Below, piece after piece: positions 51,201 to 64,000 of a DNA stretch of 64,000 nucleotides. Numbering within the stretch: the first letter of the stretch is position 1; each line of letters begins with the position of its first letter. The stretch is taken from positions 224,001 to 288,000 of the forward strand of contig CAVXJS010000007.1 of the NCBI GenBank assembly GCA_963762145.1. The letters run 5' to 3'. The DNA is from an uncultured Candidatus Rokubacteria bacterium. Its GTDB lineage: Bacteria; Methylomirabilota; Methylomirabilia; Rokubacteriales; CSP1-6. Both the position numbers and the translations under genes were made by a program. Under the pieces are notes generated by a model. The model was not told the DNA's origin. It ran no database searches and saw nothing but the letters and a program-made list of their open reading frames with translations.

Positions 51201-51958
51201 TGGCGACGAACTTCACGATGAAGGTGTTTCGTGGTGACCCGGCCGGCGGTGACTTCAAGGAGTACACCGTCGAGGGCGGCGAGGGCATGGTGGTGCTGGA
51301 CGTGATCCACCGGATCCAGGCCACCCACGCCCCGGACCTGGCCTGCCGCTGGAACTGCAAGGCGGGCAAGTGCGGCTCCTGCAGCGCGGAGATCAACGGC
51401 AAGCCCCGCCTGATGTGCATGACCCGGATGGACATCTTCGAGCCGAACGAGGTGGTCACGGTGGCCCCGATGCGGACGTTCCCGATCATCCGGGACCTGG
51501 TGACCGACGTCTCCTACAACTACGAGAAGGCCAAGCAGGTGCCGCCGCTACGGCTGCCGCCGCCGGACGCGGACGGCAAGTACCGGATGATGCAGGAGGA
51601 CGTCGAGCGAGCCCAGGAGTTCCACAAGTGCATCGAGTGCTTCCTGTGCCAGAACGTCTGCCACGTCAGCCGCGACCACGAGGGGTTGAAGAAGCAGTTC
51701 TCGGGGCCGCGCTTCTTCATCAAGATCGCGGGGCTCGAGATGCACCCGCTCGACACGCGCGACCGCTCCGAGTTCGTGGGCACGCAGGCGGGCGTCGGGC
51801 TCTGCAACATCACCAAGTGCTGCACCGAGGTCTGCCCGGAGCACATCCACATCACGGACAACGGCATCATCCCGATGAAGGAGCGGATGGCCGATAACTT
51901 CGACCCGATCGTGTGGGTGATGCGCAAGCTCCGCGGCCACAAGAAGGCGTCGCCCTGA
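51197..51958 (+). CDS. sdhB: succinate dehydrogenase iron-sulfur subunit
   Basis: [20 protein letters not shown] and [12 protein letters not shown]. Confidence 0.93.
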   Translation: MMATNFTMKVFRGDPAGGDFKEYTVEGGEGMVVLDVIHRIQATHAPDLACRWNCKAGKCGSCSAEINGKPRLMCMTRMDIFEPNEVVTVAPMRTFPIIRDLVTDVSYNYEKAKQVPPLRLPPPDADGKYRMMQEDVERAQEFHKCIECFLCQNVCHVSRDHEGLKKQFSGPRFFIKIAGLEMHPLDTRDRSEFVGTQAGVGLCNITKCCTEVCPEHIHITDNGIIPMKERMADNFDPIVWVMRKLRGHKKASP

Positions 51959-51962
51959 TCGC

Positions 51963-53131
51963 ATGAAGATCCACGAGTATCAGGGCAAGGCGATCCTGAA
52001 GGAGTTCGGGGTTCCGGTGCCGAACGGGGACGTGGCCGAGACGCCGGCCCAGGCGCGGGCGATCGCCCAGAAGCTGGGCGGCCGGGTGGTCGTCAAGGCG
52101 CAGGTGCACGCGGGCGGGCGCGGCAAGGCCGGCGGCGTGAAGCTGGCCGACGACGCGGCGGGCGCCGAGGCCGCGGCCAAGCAGATCCTCGGCATGATGC
52201 TCAAGACCCCGCAGACCCCGCCCGAGGGCATCAAGGTGCTCAAGGTCCTGGTGGAGGAGGCCTCGCCGATCGCCACCGAGCTCTACCTCTCGATGACGCT
52301 CGACCGCGGCCGCGGCACCCACGTGGTGATGGCCTCGCAGGCGGGCGGCATGGACATCGAGGAGGTCGCGGCCACCCACCCGGAGAAGATCATCCGGGAG
52401 TGGACGGACCCGGCGCTCGGGCTGCAGGCCTTCCAGGCCCGAAACCTCGCGTTCGGCCTGGGGCTCAAGGGCGACCAGTTCAAGGCCGGCGTGACGCTGA
52501 TCATGAACCTCTTCCGGGCCTACCTCGAGAAGGACTGCTCGCTGGCCGAGATCAATCCCCTGGTGGTGACGAAGGACGGGCGGGTGCTGGCGCTGGACGC
52601 CAAGCTCAACTTCGACGACAACGCGCTCTACCGCCACAAGGACGTCGTCGCGCTCCGCGACATCAACGAGGAGACGCCGCTCGACGTCGAGGCCTCGAAG
52701 CACGGCCTCAACTACATCAAGCTCGACGGCAACGTGGGCTGCATGGTGAACGGCGCCGGCCTCGCGATGGCCACCATGGACATCGTCAAGCTGGCGGGCG
52801 GCGAGCCGGCCAACTTCCTGGACGTGGGCGGCGGCGCCTCGCCCGAGCAGATCGAGAACGCCTTCCGCATCCTCTCCTCCGACCCGAGCGTCAAGGCGGT
52901 CTTCATCAACGTGTTCGGAGGAATCCTCGGGTGGATCGGCTCGCCGAGGGCATCATCGCCGCGGTGAAGAAGCTGGGACTCAAGCTCCCGGTGGTGCTCC
53001 GCGCCGAGGGCACGAACGTGGAGCAGGGCAAGAAGATGCTGGCCGAGTCGGGGTTGGCCCTCGTGATGGTCGACGACATGGGCGAGGGGGCGAAGAAGGT
53101 GGTCGAGCTGGCCCGTGGGGCGCGCGCGTGA
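51963..53131 (+). CDS. sucC: succinyl-CoA synthetase beta subunit; indel near 52928
   Basis: [31 protein letters not shown] and NVFGGI; the C-terminus (LRAEGTN) is in another frame. Confidence 0.93.
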
Positions 53132-54006
53132 GCATCCTGGTCGACAAGAAGACACGGGTGCTCGTGCAGGGCATCACCGGCAAGGAGGGCGCCTTCCACG
53201 CCGCGCGGTGCAAGGAGTACGGCACCCAGGTGGTGGGCGGGGTCACGCCGGGCAAGGGCGGGACGACTCACGAGGGCTTCGCGGTCTGGAACACGGTGGA
53301 GGAGGCGGTCAAGGCCACCGGCGCCGACTGCGCGCTGATCTTCGTGCCGCCCCCCGCCGCGGCCGACGCGATCATGGAAGCGGCCGACGCGGGGGTGCCG
53401 CTCGTGGTGTGCATCACCGAGGGGGTGCCGGTCGCGGACATGGTGCGGGTGAAGGCGTTTCTCGGCCGCACCGCGAGCCGGCTCATCGGCCCCAACTGCC
53501 CGGGGCTGATCACGCCGGGCCAGGCCAAGATCGGGATCATGCCGGGGCACATCCACAAGGTCGGCAACGTGGGCGTGGTCTCGCGAAGCGGGACGCTGAC
53601 CTACGAGGTCGTGCACCAGCTCACCCAGCGCGGGCTCGGTCAGTCCTCCTGCGTGGGCATCGGGGGCGACCCGGTCAACGGCACCAACTTCATCGACGTG
53701 CTGAAGCTGTTCCAGGCCGATCCCGAGACGACCTCGATCATGATGATCGGCGAGATCGGCGGCACCGCCGAGGAGGAGGCCGCCGCCTTCATCAAGGCCC
53801 ACGTCACCAAGCCGGTGGTGGGGTTCATCTGCGGCCAGACCGCGCCGCCCGGCCGCCGCATGGGCCACGCCGGCGCCATCATCGCCGGGGGCAAGGGGAC
53901 GGCGGCCGAGAAGATGGCCGCCATGGAAGCCGCCGGCATCACCACCGTCAAGAGCCCCGCCGACATGGGCGCCACCGTGGCGCGTGTGGTGGGCAAGAAA
54001 GGGTAG
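53128..54006 (+). CDS. sucD: succinyl-CoA synthetase alpha subunit
   Basis: [24 protein letters not shown] and RMGHAGA. Confidence 0.96.
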   Translation: MSILVDKKTRVLVQGITGKEGAFHAARCKEYGTQVVGGVTPGKGGTTHEGFAVWNTVEEAVKATGADCALIFVPPPAAADAIMEAADAGVPLVVCITEGVPVADMVRVKAFLGRTASRLIGPNCPGLITPGQAKIGIMPGHIHKVGNVGVVSRSGTLTYEVVHQLTQRGLGQSSCVGIGGDPVNGTNFIDVLKLFQADPETTSIMMIGEIGGTAEEEAAAFIKAHVTKPVVGFICGQTAPPGRRMGHAGAIIAGGKGTAAEKMAAMEAAGITTVKSPADMGATVARVVGKKG

Positions 54007-54019
54007 GGACCCCGCCGCG

Positions 54020-54445
54020 ATGGCCGTCCAGCGCACTCTCACCATCATCAAGCCGGACGCCGTGGCCAAGGGCGTGTCGGGGCAGATCATCGCCCGCTTC
54101 GAGCAGGCGGGTCTCAAGGTGCTGGCCGCCAAGCTGATCCACCTGAGCCAGGCTCAGGCCGGCGGCTTCTACATCGTCCACAAGGAGCGCCCGTTCTACG
54201 GAAGCCTCTGTGCCTTCATGACCCAGGGCCCGTGCATGCCGATCGTCCTCGAGGGCGAGAACGCGATCGCTCGCCTGCGCGAGCTGATGGGCGCGACGGA
54301 CCCGGCCAAGGCCGCGGCGGGGACCATTCGCAAGGACTTTGCTTCCTCGATCGAGGCCAACGCGGTCCACGGCTCCGACTCGCCCGAATCGGCCGCGTTC
54401 GAGATCCCCTACTTCTTCGGCGCGCTCGAGATCTTTCCCCGCTAG
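54020..54445 (+). CDS. ndk: nucleoside diphosphate kinase
   Basis: [18 protein letters not shown] and NAVHGSDS. Confidence 0.96.
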   Translation: MAVQRTLTIIKPDAVAKGVSGQIIARFEQAGLKVLAAKLIHLSQAQAGGFYIVHKERPFYGSLCAFMTQGPCMPIVLEGENAIARLRELMGATDPAKAAAGTIRKDFASSIEANAVHGSDSPESAAFEIPYFFGALEIFPR

Positions 54446-54458
54446 TCGGGGAGGCCGC

Positions 54459-54983
54459 GTGCACTTCCCGGCCGTCCTCGGGCGAAAGCAGCGCCTCCTC
54501 GCCGGGGTGGTCGGCATCGGGCTCGGCTTCGGCGGGCCCTTTCTGCTGTCGGTCGCGCTGGTGGCCAGCTCCGGCGATCCGAGCCTGCTCATCCTGCCGC
54601 TGCCGTTCCTGGGCGCGTTGTGGATGATCCAGGGCCTCGCGCCGAGCGGCTACACGCTGGAGGAGGGAGGCCTGCGCCTCGAGCGGCGCTGGGCGCGGCG
54701 GCTCATCCCCTACGACCGCATCACCGGCTGCGACCGCGAGCCCCGACCCATCGGCGGCCTGCTCGCGGCCGGCATCAACGGCCTGTTCGGCTCCCGCGGG
54801 CCCCGCTGGAACCCGCGCACCGGCTGGCACTATCTCGCGATCACCAATACCGACGACCTCGTGTTCGTCCACACGCGCGGCGGCCTCGTGGTGCTCTCGC
54901 CAAGCCGCCCCGACGAGTTCGTCGCCGCGCTTCACGCCGAGCTGCCCGCCGCGCCCACGTCATGGCCGACCCGATCGTCGTGA
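54459..54983 (+). CDS. membrane protein with a bacterial PH domain
   Basis: GTG after GGGGAGG; two TMs, GINGLFG and LVVLSPSRPDEF. Confidence 0.65.
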   Translation: MHFPAVLGRKQRLLAGVVGIGLGFGGPFLLSVALVASSGDPSLLILPLPFLGALWMIQGLAPSGYTLEEGGLRLERRWARRLIPYDRITGCDREPRPIGGLLAAGINGLFGSRGPRWNPRTGWHYLAITNTDDLVFVHTRGGLVVLSPSRPDEFVAALHAELPAAPTSWPTRSS

Positions 54984-55396
54984 CCGCGGACGTGCGCGTG
55001 CCGGCCTCCGCGCTGACCGTGCATGCGGCGCGGGCCTCGGGGCCGGGCGGGCAGAACGTGAACAAGGTGGCGACCAAGATCGACCTGCGCGTTGATCTCG
55101 CCGCGATCGAAGGCCTGCCGGATGATGCGCGGACGCGCCTCTACCGGCTGGCGCAGAACCGACTCGACGCGGAGGGGCGCCTGATGGTCATCAGCCAGGT
55201 TACGCGCAACCAGGCGCGTAACCTGGAGGATGCGCGCACCCGGATCGCTGACCTGATTCGTGCCGCGCTCGTGGCGCCGCGGCGGCGCGTCAAGACGCGG
55301 CCCTCGGCGGGCGCGAAGGGGCGGCGGCTGGCGGGCAAGAAGCGCCGGGCGGACGTGAAGCGCTGGCGCGCGCGGCCGGGCGAGGCCGACGGTTGA
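54962..55396 (+). CDS. arfB: alternative ribosome rescue peptidyl-tRNA hydrolase
   Basis: RASGPGGQNVNKV, RNQARN and a basic C-terminal tail. Confidence 0.92.
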   Translation: MADPIVVTADVRVPASALTVHAARASGPGGQNVNKVATKIDLRVDLAAIEGLPDDARTRLYRLAQNRLDAEGRLMVISQVTRNQARNLEDARTRIADLIRAALVAPRRRVKTRPSAGAKGRRLAGKKRRADVKRWRARPGEADG

Positions 55397-55412
55397 CCAC
55401 TCAGGTGGTGCG

Positions 55413-56396
55413 ATGAAGCCGGGCGCCGCTGGGTTGTTCGGCCTGGCGGTCCTCCTCGTGATCGCTCCGCTCTGCGCGGAGGCGCAGGCGCCGAGCAAGG
55501 TCTGGCGGGTCGCGGTGCTCACCGCCGGCATGCCGCGCTCGGAGGCCCCGGTCCGCGCCCTGGAGCAGCGCCTGGCCGAGCTGGGTTACGTCGAGGGCCG
55601 CAACCTCGTGATCGACTTCCGCACCGCGGGGGCCCAGATCGACCGGCTGCCGGCCCTGGCCGCCGAGCTGGTCGGCGGCCGGCCGGACATCTTCGTCACG
55701 GTCTCCACCCAGGGCGGGATGGCCGCGAAGAACGCGACCCGCACCATCCCGATCGTGCTCGCGGCTGTCGGCGACCCCGTCGGGACGGGGATCGTAACCA
55801 GCCTCGGGCGCCCGGGCGGGAACATCACGGGCGTCTCGCTGCTCAACGTCGAGATGAGCGGGAAGGGATTGCAGCTTCTGAAAGAAGCGGTGCCGGCCGC
55901 CTCGCGCGTCGCGGTGCTGTGGAGCTCGGGGAATCGGCTCCACCAGGAGGGCCGTACGGCCACCGAGGCGGCCGCCGCGACATTGAAGGTCGGCCTCCAG
56001 TTCCTCGACGTGCGGGGGCCGGACGATCTGTCGAAGGTGTTCGACACGATCGCGCGACAGCGAGCCGACGGCCTTCTGCTGCTCCCCGATACCGTCAGCA
56101 ACGCACACCGAAAGCCGATCGTTGCCTTCGCGGCCAGCCGCCGGCTCCCCACCATGTATGCCTTCCGCGAGGCGGTGGATGAGGGCGGACTCATGTGCTA
56201 TGGCCCGAACCTGGTCGAGAACTTCCGGGCGGCCGCCGGGTACGTCGACAAGATTCTCAAGGGCGCCACGGTCGGGGACCTGCCCATCGCCCAGGCGACC
56301 AAGTTCGATCTGGTCATCAACCTCAAGACCGCCAAGGCCCTCGGCCTGACCATCCCTCCGTCGCTCCTCCTGCAGGCCGACCAGGTGATCGAGTGA
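55413..56396 (+). CDS. ABC_sub_bind family solute-binding protein (stand-alone)
   Basis: LGYVEGRNL, SLGRPGGNITG, YVDKILKGA and LVINLKTAKALGLTIP. Confidence 0.9.
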   Translation: MKPGAAGLFGLAVLLVIAPLCAEAQAPSKVWRVAVLTAGMPRSEAPVRALEQRLAELGYVEGRNLVIDFRTAGAQIDRLPALAAELVGGRPDIFVTVSTQGGMAAKNATRTIPIVLAAVGDPVGTGIVTSLGRPGGNITGVSLLNVEMSGKGLQLLKEAVPAASRVAVLWSSGNRLHQEGRTATEAAAATLKVGLQFLDVRGPDDLSKVFDTIARQRADGLLLLPDTVSNAHRKPIVAFAASRRLPTMYAFREAVDEGGLMCYGPNLVENFRAAAGYVDKILKGATVGDLPIAQATKFDLVINLKTAKALGLTIPPSLLLQADQVIE

Positions 56397-56620
56397 CGGC
56401 CTATGACGGCAAGCGGTCCCGCGAGGCCGACTGACGCCTCGCCGCGCGCGGGGATCAGGTAGGGGTACTGGGCCAGCCGCCAGCCCCAGTTGGTAGCCGG
56501 TGCGACCCTCCGGAAATCACCGCGGCCGTCCAGATATGCCGGTCTGGGCGACGGGCCATGCGACGATAAATCAGTTTCGGGAACTCGGCGGTATCACGCC
56601 CACGCGCGAGGGAGCAGGTC

Positions 56621-57019
56621 ATGAAGCGTTCAACGGTGATCCTGGCGGCATGGCTCGGGTGGTTGATGATCGCGTCGGCCACGGAAGCGACTCCGTTCAC
56701 GGCGATCGGCGACCACGACGCTCTGTTCTCGTGGACCCCGTCCGCGACGATGAGCGCCGTACCCGATGCCCCCGCGCTCGTCCCGCTCGACCCGGTAGAC
56801 AGTGCAGTCGTCGTGGGCCCGGTCCGGGGCGAGCGCTTCAGCGTGCACGTGTCCGAGCTCGAGAACCCCGGCGACCAGCTGGCCTTCGATCTTGCCGCGT
56901 TGACCATCGACCCGCACGCGAGCCGGGTCGTCCCGGGACCGACGGCCCTCGCGCTCATGGGCGCCGGACTCGCCGGCCTGGGGTTCACGCTCTGGCGGAA
57001 GCACGGCCGGGTCGCCTGA
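56621..57019 (+). CDS. small secreted protein with a PEP-CTERM-like sorting signal (VPGP variant)
   Basis: GGAG RBS; signal peptide; C-terminal VPGPTALALMGAGLAGLGFTLWRK. Confidence 0.65.
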   Translation: MKRSTVILAAWLGWLMIASATEATPFTAIGDHDALFSWTPSATMSAVPDAPALVPLDPVDSAVVVGPVRGERFSVHVSELENPGDQLAFDLAALTIDPHASRVVPGPTALALMGAGLAGLGFTLWRKHGRVA

Positions 57020-57041
57020 GGGCGGCCGCCTAGACGTTTCC

Positions 57042-57050
57042 TGCTAGAAT
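57042..57050 (+). promoter_or_regulatory. extended -10 promoter (TG-c-TAGAAT), probably leaderless transcript
   Basis: Located 7 nt before the ATG at 57058; no Shine-Dalgarno sequence. Confidence 0.55.
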
Positions 57051-57057
57051 CGGCCGC

Positions 57058-58611
57058 ATGGCGGCGGCCATCGAGGTCCCCGATCGTTTCAACGCCGCCA
57101 CCCACTTCCTCGACCGGCACGTCCGCGAAGGGCGCGGCGCGCGCATCGCCTTCCGCTTCGAAGGCCGCGACGTCACCTACGGGGCGATCGCCCTCCGTGC
57201 CAATCGCCTCGGACACGCGCTCCTGGCCCGCGACCTCCAGATCGAGCAGCGCGTGCTGCTGGCCCTGCCGGACCGGCCCGAGTTCGCCGAGTCCTTCTGG
57301 GGCGCGATGAAGATCGGGGCGGTGCCGGTCCCGGTGAGCGACGGGCTGCCGGCCGAGGAGCTCGCCTTCCTCCTCCAGGACAGTCGCGCCCGCGCGGTGA
57401 TCGCCTCGGAGGCGGCGGCCACCGAGATCCTCAAGATCCGGGCGCAGTGCCCGGCGCTCGAGAGTGTCGTCATCGTGGGCGGCCGACGGCGGGGCGCGCT
57501 CGACTACGAGCGCTTGCTGGAGAAGGCTTCGCCTCAGCTGGCCGCGGCGGACACGAGTCGGGACGACGTGGCGCTCTGGCTCTACACCTCGGGCTCCACC
57601 GGACGGCCGAAGGCCGCGGTGCACCTGCACCACGGCCTGTTCCACGCGGCGGAGCGGGTGGGGCGGGGCGTCTTCGGCATCTCGGCGGACGACGTGATCT
57701 TCTCGGCGTCCAAGCTGCACTTCGCGTTCGGCCTGGGCAACTCGCTCTACTTCCCGGCGCTGGTGGGGGCCACGTCGGTGCTGATGTCGGAGCGCCCGGA
57801 GCCCGAGCGCATCTTCGAGCTGATCCAGGCCGAGCGCCCGACCTTGCTGTTCGCGGTCGCCACGGTCTATCGCCGGCTTCTGCAGGTGGAAGGGGCGGAG
57901 CGGCGCTTCGATCTCTCCTCTCTCCGGCTCTGCGTGTCCTCGGGGGAGGCGCTGCCCGCCGCGATCTTCCACGCGTGGAAGTCGCGCTTCGGCCACGAGC
58001 TGCTGGACGTGATGGGCTCCACCGAGGCGCTGCACGACTACATCGCCAACCGGCCCGGCGAGGCACGCCCCGGATCGAGCGGGCGGGTGATTCCGGGTTA
58101 CGAGGCGCGGCTGGTGGACGACCAGGACCGGCCGGTCGCGCCCGGGTTCGCGGGGCAGCTCCTGATCAAGGGCGGCTCCACCGCGGCCGGCTACTGGAAC
58201 CGGCACGAGCGCACGCGGGCCACGATGCAGGGCGAGTGGCTGCGCACCGGCGACATGTTCTTCCAGGACGGCGACGGGTACTTCTACTTCTGCGGGCGGG
58301 CCGACGACATGCTGAAGGTCGGCGGCATGTGGGTATCGCCGGTCGAGATCGAGGCGTGCCTGGGCGAGCACGCGGCGGTGCTCGAGGCCGCGGTGGTCGG
58401 GCGCGGAGACGCCGACGGACTCACCAAGGCCCACGCCTTCTGCGTGCTGCGTGACGGCGAGCGCGGCACCGAGGCGCTCGCCGCCGAGCTGCAGGCGCTG
58501 GTGCGCAAGCGCCTGGCCGGCTACAAGTCGCCGCGGTGGATCGACTTCGTGGCCGAGCTGCCCAAGACCACCACCGGCAAGATCCAGCGGTTCGCCTTGC
58601 GGCCGCGCTAG
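57058..58611 (+). CDS. benzoate-CoA ligase family protein
   Basis: [44 protein letters not shown] and [20 protein letters not shown]. Confidence 0.88.
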   Translation: MAAAIEVPDRFNAATHFLDRHVREGRGARIAFRFEGRDVTYGAIALRANRLGHALLARDLQIEQRVLLALPDRPEFAESFWGAMKIGAVPVPVSDGLPAEELAFLLQDSRARAVIASEAAATEILKIRAQCPALESVVIVGGRRRGALDYERLLEKASPQLAAADTSRDDVALWLYTSGSTGRPKAAVHLHHGLFHAAERVGRGVFGISADDVIFSASKLHFAFGLGNSLYFPALVGATSVLMSERPEPERIFELIQAERPTLLFAVATVYRRLLQVEGAERRFDLSSLRLCVSSGEALPAAIFHAWKSRFGHELLDVMGSTEALHDYIANRPGEARPGSSGRVIPGYEARLVDDQDRPVAPGFAGQLLIKGGSTAAGYWNRHERTRATMQGEWLRTGDMFFQDGDGYFYFCGRADDMLKVGGMWVSPVEIEACLGEHAAVLEAAVVGRGDADGLTKAHAFCVLRDGERGTEALAAELQALVRKRLAGYKSPRWIDFVAELPKTTTGKIQRFALRPR

Positions 58612-58612
58612 G

Positions 58613-59409
<797 letters not shown>

Positions 59410-59410
<1 letters not shown>

Positions 59411-60208
59411 TGGCGGTGGAGCGCTTCATCGTGGCCGACCGCACCGCGTTTCTGCGGCGGCCGGACCACCGCACGGTGCGGGTCCTCGCCCTGGCGGGCC
59501 TGGTCATCCTCTGGGAGCTCGTCACGCGCACCGGCTTCGTCTCCTCGCTCTTTCTGCCGTCCCCGATCGGGGTGCTGGCGGAGGGCTGGGACATGGCGCG
59601 TCTCCGGCCAGCTTCACGTGCACCTCGTGACGAGCCTCGAGCGCCTGGCGTGGGGCTTCGCGATCGGCGCCCTGGCCGGCATCAGCGTGGGCGTGGCGGT
59701 GGGCTTCTTCTCCCTGGCCGACGCGGTGGTGCAGCCGCTCATCGCCGCCACGTTCCCGATCCCGAAGATCGCGCTGCTGCCGCTGCTGATCCTCTGGCTC
59801 GGCATCGGGGAGGCCTCGAAGGTCGCGGTGGTGGCGCTCGGCGTGTTCTTCCCGATGGCGATCAACACCTACTCGGGCGTGCGCCAGGCCGATCCGCTGC
59901 TGATCCGCGCCGCCGTCTCCTTCGGCGCGGGGCGGTGGAGCGTGATCCGCAAGGTCATCCTGCCCTCGGCCCTGCCGATGGTCTTCGCGGGCCTGCGGCT
60001 GGGCGCGGGCATCGCGCTGCTCCTGCTGGTGGCCGCCGAGCAGATCGCGGCCGACGCGGGCATCGGCTTCCTGATTCTCCAGTCCGGCAACCTGATGGAA
60101 ACCACCAAGCTCATGGTCGGCATCGTCGTGCTCTCGCTGCTCGGCGTCCTGTCGCACTGGGGACTCTCCGGGCTCGAGCGCGCGGTGATCCGCTGGCGGC
60201 ACACCTGA
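59410..60208 (+). CDS. NitT/TauT-type ABC permease; indel near 59600
   Basis: FLPSP, PIPKIALLPLLILWLGIGE and AVSFGA...VILPSALP. Confidence 0.88.
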
Positions 60209-60222
60209 TCGGAGGCTCCGGC

Positions 60223-61268
60223 ATGCGACGACTCTCCCGGCTGGTCCTGGCCACGCGCCGCGCTCGCGGGCGGCATCATGCTCTCGGCCCACGCGGAGGC
60301 GCAATCGCCCGCGCCGCCCCCCACACCGCTGAAGGTCGGCGTGCTCAAGCTCACGTCCTCGGCGCCGATCTTCATCGGGGTCGAGAAGGGCTACTTCAAG
60401 GAGTTCGGCGTCGAGCCGGAGCTGGTCTACTTCCAGGCCGCCGCGCCCATCGCCACCGCGCTGGCCGCGGGCCAGCTCGACGTGGGAGCGACCGGCCTCA
60501 CCGCCGCGCTCTACAACATCGTGCTGGGTGGCGAGAAGCTCTGGATCGTGGCCGACAAGGGTCGCGAGTGGCCGGGGTACCCGCTCGTGGCCATCGTGGT
60601 GCAGAAGGAGCTGTGGGACGGCGGCCTGCGGTCCATCAAGGACCTCAAGGGCAAGCGGATCGGCGTGACCCAGATCGGCTCCACGTTCCACTACCACATC
60701 GGCAACATCCTCGAGAAGGATGGGCTGACGCTGGCCGACGTGAAGATCGTGCCGCTCCAGGCCATGCCGGCCACGATGGAGGCGCTGAAGGGCAAGCAGG
60801 TCGACGCGATCCTGGTGCCGCAGCCCTTCCCGGGTGCCGCGGAGGCGCAGGGCTTCGGCAAGATCATGGCCTGGGCGGGCGATCTCTATCCCTGGCAGAT
60901 CGCGACCATCTTCTACTCGGGGAAGCTTCGCCACCGATCGCGCCCGTGCGGTGGCCTTCATGAAGGGTTACGTGAAGGCCTCGCGCCACTACTACGACGC
61001 CGCGCTGGTCCAGAAGGACGGCCGCCCGGCGCCCGGCGCCGGCTATGAAGAAGTCGTGCAGATCACCGCGAAGTACACCGGCGCCCGGCCGGAGGTCATC
61101 CGGCTCGGGTTCCCCTTCCAGGATCGAAACGGCCGCCTGCTCGTGCCGGACATCGAGCGGCAGATGGCCTGGTGGACCGCCAACGGCTTCATGAAGAAGA
61201 CGCTGCCGCTCCGGTCCGTCGTGGACACCTCCTTCGTGGAGGAGGCCGTGAAGGCGCTCGACAAGTAA
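60223..61268 (+). CDS. NitT/TauT (SsuA/NMT1-like) solute-binding protein; indels
   Basis: PIFIGVEKGYFKEFG, DLKGKRIGV and AFMKGYVKA across frames. Confidence 0.85.
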
Positions 61269-61296
61269 AATAAGTCAGCCGGGGCGCGGGTTTAGC

Positions 61297-61305
61297 TGCT
61301 ATCAT
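61297..61305 (+). promoter_or_regulatory. extended -10 promoter (TG-c-TATCAT) for accC
   Basis: Located 9 nt before the GTG at 61315; no Shine-Dalgarno sequence. Confidence 0.45.
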
Positions 61306-61314
61306 GCTCTGGAC

Positions 61315-62836
61315 GTGAGCGCCCCGTTCAGCAAGGTCCTCATCGCGAATCGCGGCGAGATCGCCGTCCGGGTCATCCGGGCGTGCCGCGAGCTCGGCAT
61401 CAAGACCGTCGCCGTCTTCTCCGAGGCCGACCGCGAGTCCCTCCACGTGCTGCTCGCGAATGAGGCGGTGCCGATCGGCCCGCCGCCGGCCAGCGAGAGC
61501 TACCTCGTCATCGACAAGCTCATCGCCGCCGCCCGTGCCACGGGGGCCGACGCGGTGCATCCGGGCTATGGCTTCCTGGCCGAGAACGCGAGCTTCGCCC
61601 AGGCTTGCCTGGACGCCAAGCTGGCCTTCATCGGCCCGCCGCCCGCCGCCATCCGTGCGATGGGGGACAAGATGGCCGCCCGGCGGGTCGCCATCAAGAT
61701 GGGCGTGCCGGTCGTGCCCGGCACCGAGCAGCCGGTCTCGGACGACGCGGAGGCCGCGCGGGTGGCCGAGGGCGTGGGCTATCCGGTGATGCTGAAGGCC
61801 GCGATGGGCGGCGGCGGCAAGGGCATGCGCCTGGTGCGCGACGCCCGGCGAGCTCACGGGGGCGTTGCGGGCCGCGCGCGCGGAGGCGAGCGCCGCGTTC
61901 GGCGATGCCTCCGTCTACATCGAGCACTACGTCGAGGAGCCGCGCCACATCGAGATCCAGGTGCTGGCGGACGCGCACGGCGGGGTCGTGTACCTGGGCG
62001 AGCGCGAGTGCTCGATCCAGCGCCGCCACCAGAAGCTGGTCGAGGAGAGCCCGTCGCCGTTCGTGACCCCGGAGATGCGGTGCCGCATGGGCGAGGCGGC
62101 CTGCCGGGTGGCCGCCTCGGTCGGCTACGTCAACGCGGGGACCGTCGAGTTCCTGGTGGACCGCGAGCGCAACTTCTACTTTCTCGAGATGAACACGCGC
62201 CTGCAGGTGGAGCACCCGGTGACCGAGCTGGTGACCGGGCGCGATCTCGTGAAGGACCAGCTCCGCATCGCGGCGGGGGAGAAGCTCGGCTTCGGGCAGG
62301 ACGACGTCGCGCTGCGCGGGTGGGCAATCGAGTGCCGGGTCAACGCGGAGGATCCGTTCGCCTCGTTCATCCCGTCGCCGGGCAAGGTCGTGGGGCTGCG
62401 GGCACCGGGCGGGCCCTGGGTGCGCGACGACACCGGCGTGTACGCGGGCTGCACGATCCCGCGCTTCTACGACACGCTGATGGCCAAGCTCATCGTGTGG
62501 GGCCCCGACCGCGACGCGGCGATCGCGCGCATGACCCGCGCGCTGGGCGAGTACACGGTGGCCGGCGTGCAGACCACGATCCCGATCCTCCAGCGCATCG
62601 TCGCGCATCCGGACTTCGTGGCGGGCCGCCTCTCCACCGGCTTCATGGAGCGCCTGCTGTCGGCCGACAAGCCGGAGGCGGCCGGCCGGCACCGCACGAT
62701 CGCGCTGATCGCGGCGGCGCTGACCGCCTACGAGCGCGCGGGGCGGCCGGCCGCCGCCGGGGCGTCGCCTGCCGCGCCCGCGCCGACGCCGGGCGCCTGG
62801 CGGCAGGCGCTGCGGCCGGGGTGGAGGAGCCGGTGA
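61315..62836 (+). CDS. accC: biotin carboxylase subunit of an acyl-CoA carboxylase; indel near 61845
   Basis: KVLIANRGEIAVR, HPGYGFLAEN, GGGGKGMR, ERECSIQRRHQK and EMNTRLQVEHPVTE. Confidence 0.92.
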
Positions 62837-63330
62837 AGTTCGAGGCGCAGGCGGGCGGGGAGACGGTCCCGGTCGAGGTCGCCGGCGCCGACGGCCGCTT
62901 CACCGTCACCATCGGCGGCGAGCGTCTCGCGGTGGACGCGCGCCAGACCGGCGAGGGCATCTGGTCCATCCTGCTGAGCGGCGCCTCCCACGTGGCCGAC
63001 GTCACCGAGCAGGACGGCGTCTACCTGGTGGACGTGGCGGGCGAGCGCTACGCGATTCGCGTCGAGGAGGAGTCGCGCTACATCATCCGCACCCGCGGGG
63101 CCCACGGCCAGGTGGCGGGCCAGGTGCTGAAGGCGCCGATGCCGGGCAAGGTGACCCTGATCGAGGTCGCGGTGGGCCAGGCCGTCGCGCCCGGCGACGG
63201 GCTGATCGTGCTCGAGGCCATGAAGATGGAGAACGAGTTCAAGGCTCAGGTCGCGGGGACGGTGAAGGAGATTCGCGTCGCGCCCGGCCAGGCGGTGAAC
63301 CCGGGTGACGTCCTGCTGGTTATCGAATAG
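62833..63330 (+). CDS. biotin carboxyl carrier protein
   Basis: GTGA overlap; APMPGKV and the EAMKMENE biotinylation motif. Confidence 0.9.
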   Translation: MKFEAQAGGETVPVEVAGADGRFTVTIGGERLAVDARQTGEGIWSILLSGASHVADVTEQDGVYLVDVAGERYAIRVEEESRYIIRTRGAHGQVAGQVLKAPMPGKVTLIEVAVGQAVAPGDGLIVLEAMKMENEFKAQVAGTVKEIRVAPGQAVNPGDVLLVIE

Positions 63331-63332
63331 CC

Positions 63333-64000
<668 letters not shown>

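Noticed and set aside
56397-56620. Possible riboswitch or ncRNA in the long intergenic region
   Set aside because: Only weak short stems are visible and I recognise no family consensus. An Rfam/Infernal search would be needed.
61315-63330. 671-aa AccC-BCCP fusion ORF
   Set aside because: The middle of this ORF is out-of-frame nonsense caused by an indel near 61845. accC ends at 62836 and BCCP starts at the overlapping GTG at 62833.

Overview
This is a high-GC, gene-dense bacterial window. The gene content (hopanoid genes, stand-alone solute-binding proteins, short palindromic intergenic repeats) suggests Candidatus Rokubacteria/Methylomirabilota, but this is inferred, not verified. It has five blocks. 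(1) 0.8-20.6 kb: a divergently transcribed hopanoid cluster (hpnN, mlaCDEF/hpnM, hpnH, hpnG, hpnA, hpnD, ispH) with an unusual head-group module (ino1, cytidylyltransferase, CDP-alcohol phosphotransferase, flippase-like protein, fused sulfo/phosphonopyruvate decarboxylase), a CruF-like protein and two Zn-dehydrogenases. (2) 20.7-28.1 kb: amidohydrolase, solute-binding protein, URO-D-like enzyme, EF-G paralogue and threonine synthase-like enzyme. (3) 28.1-40.1 kb: a sulfur-redox locus with FccAB-like flavocytochrome c, TauE, Fe-S/NrfD fusion, a Tat-less Mo-oxidoreductase, variant SoxYZ, TlpA and a non-canonical SdhA/TfrA-like complex; SoxAXB/CD are absent. (4) 42-55.4 kb: a TCA super-operon (acn, icd, mdh, two-subunit fumarase, Sdh1-type SDH, sucCD, ndk) followed by arfB. 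(5) 55.4-64 kb: solute-binding protein, PEP-CTERM-like protein, benzoate-CoA ligase, ABC transporter, accC/accB and a partial glnQ-like gene. Single-base indels break many genes (densest at 28-35 kb and 39.7-43 kb) and look like sequencing or assembly errors. The most unusual sequence-level signal is that palindromic repeats inside operons are absorbed into translation: they are spanned by ATGA-coupled mini-ORFs (15467-15703, 47904-48008), read in frame as a linker (8266-8345), or supply the RBS and start codon (32652-32732). No rRNA, tRNA or CRISPR array was recognised.
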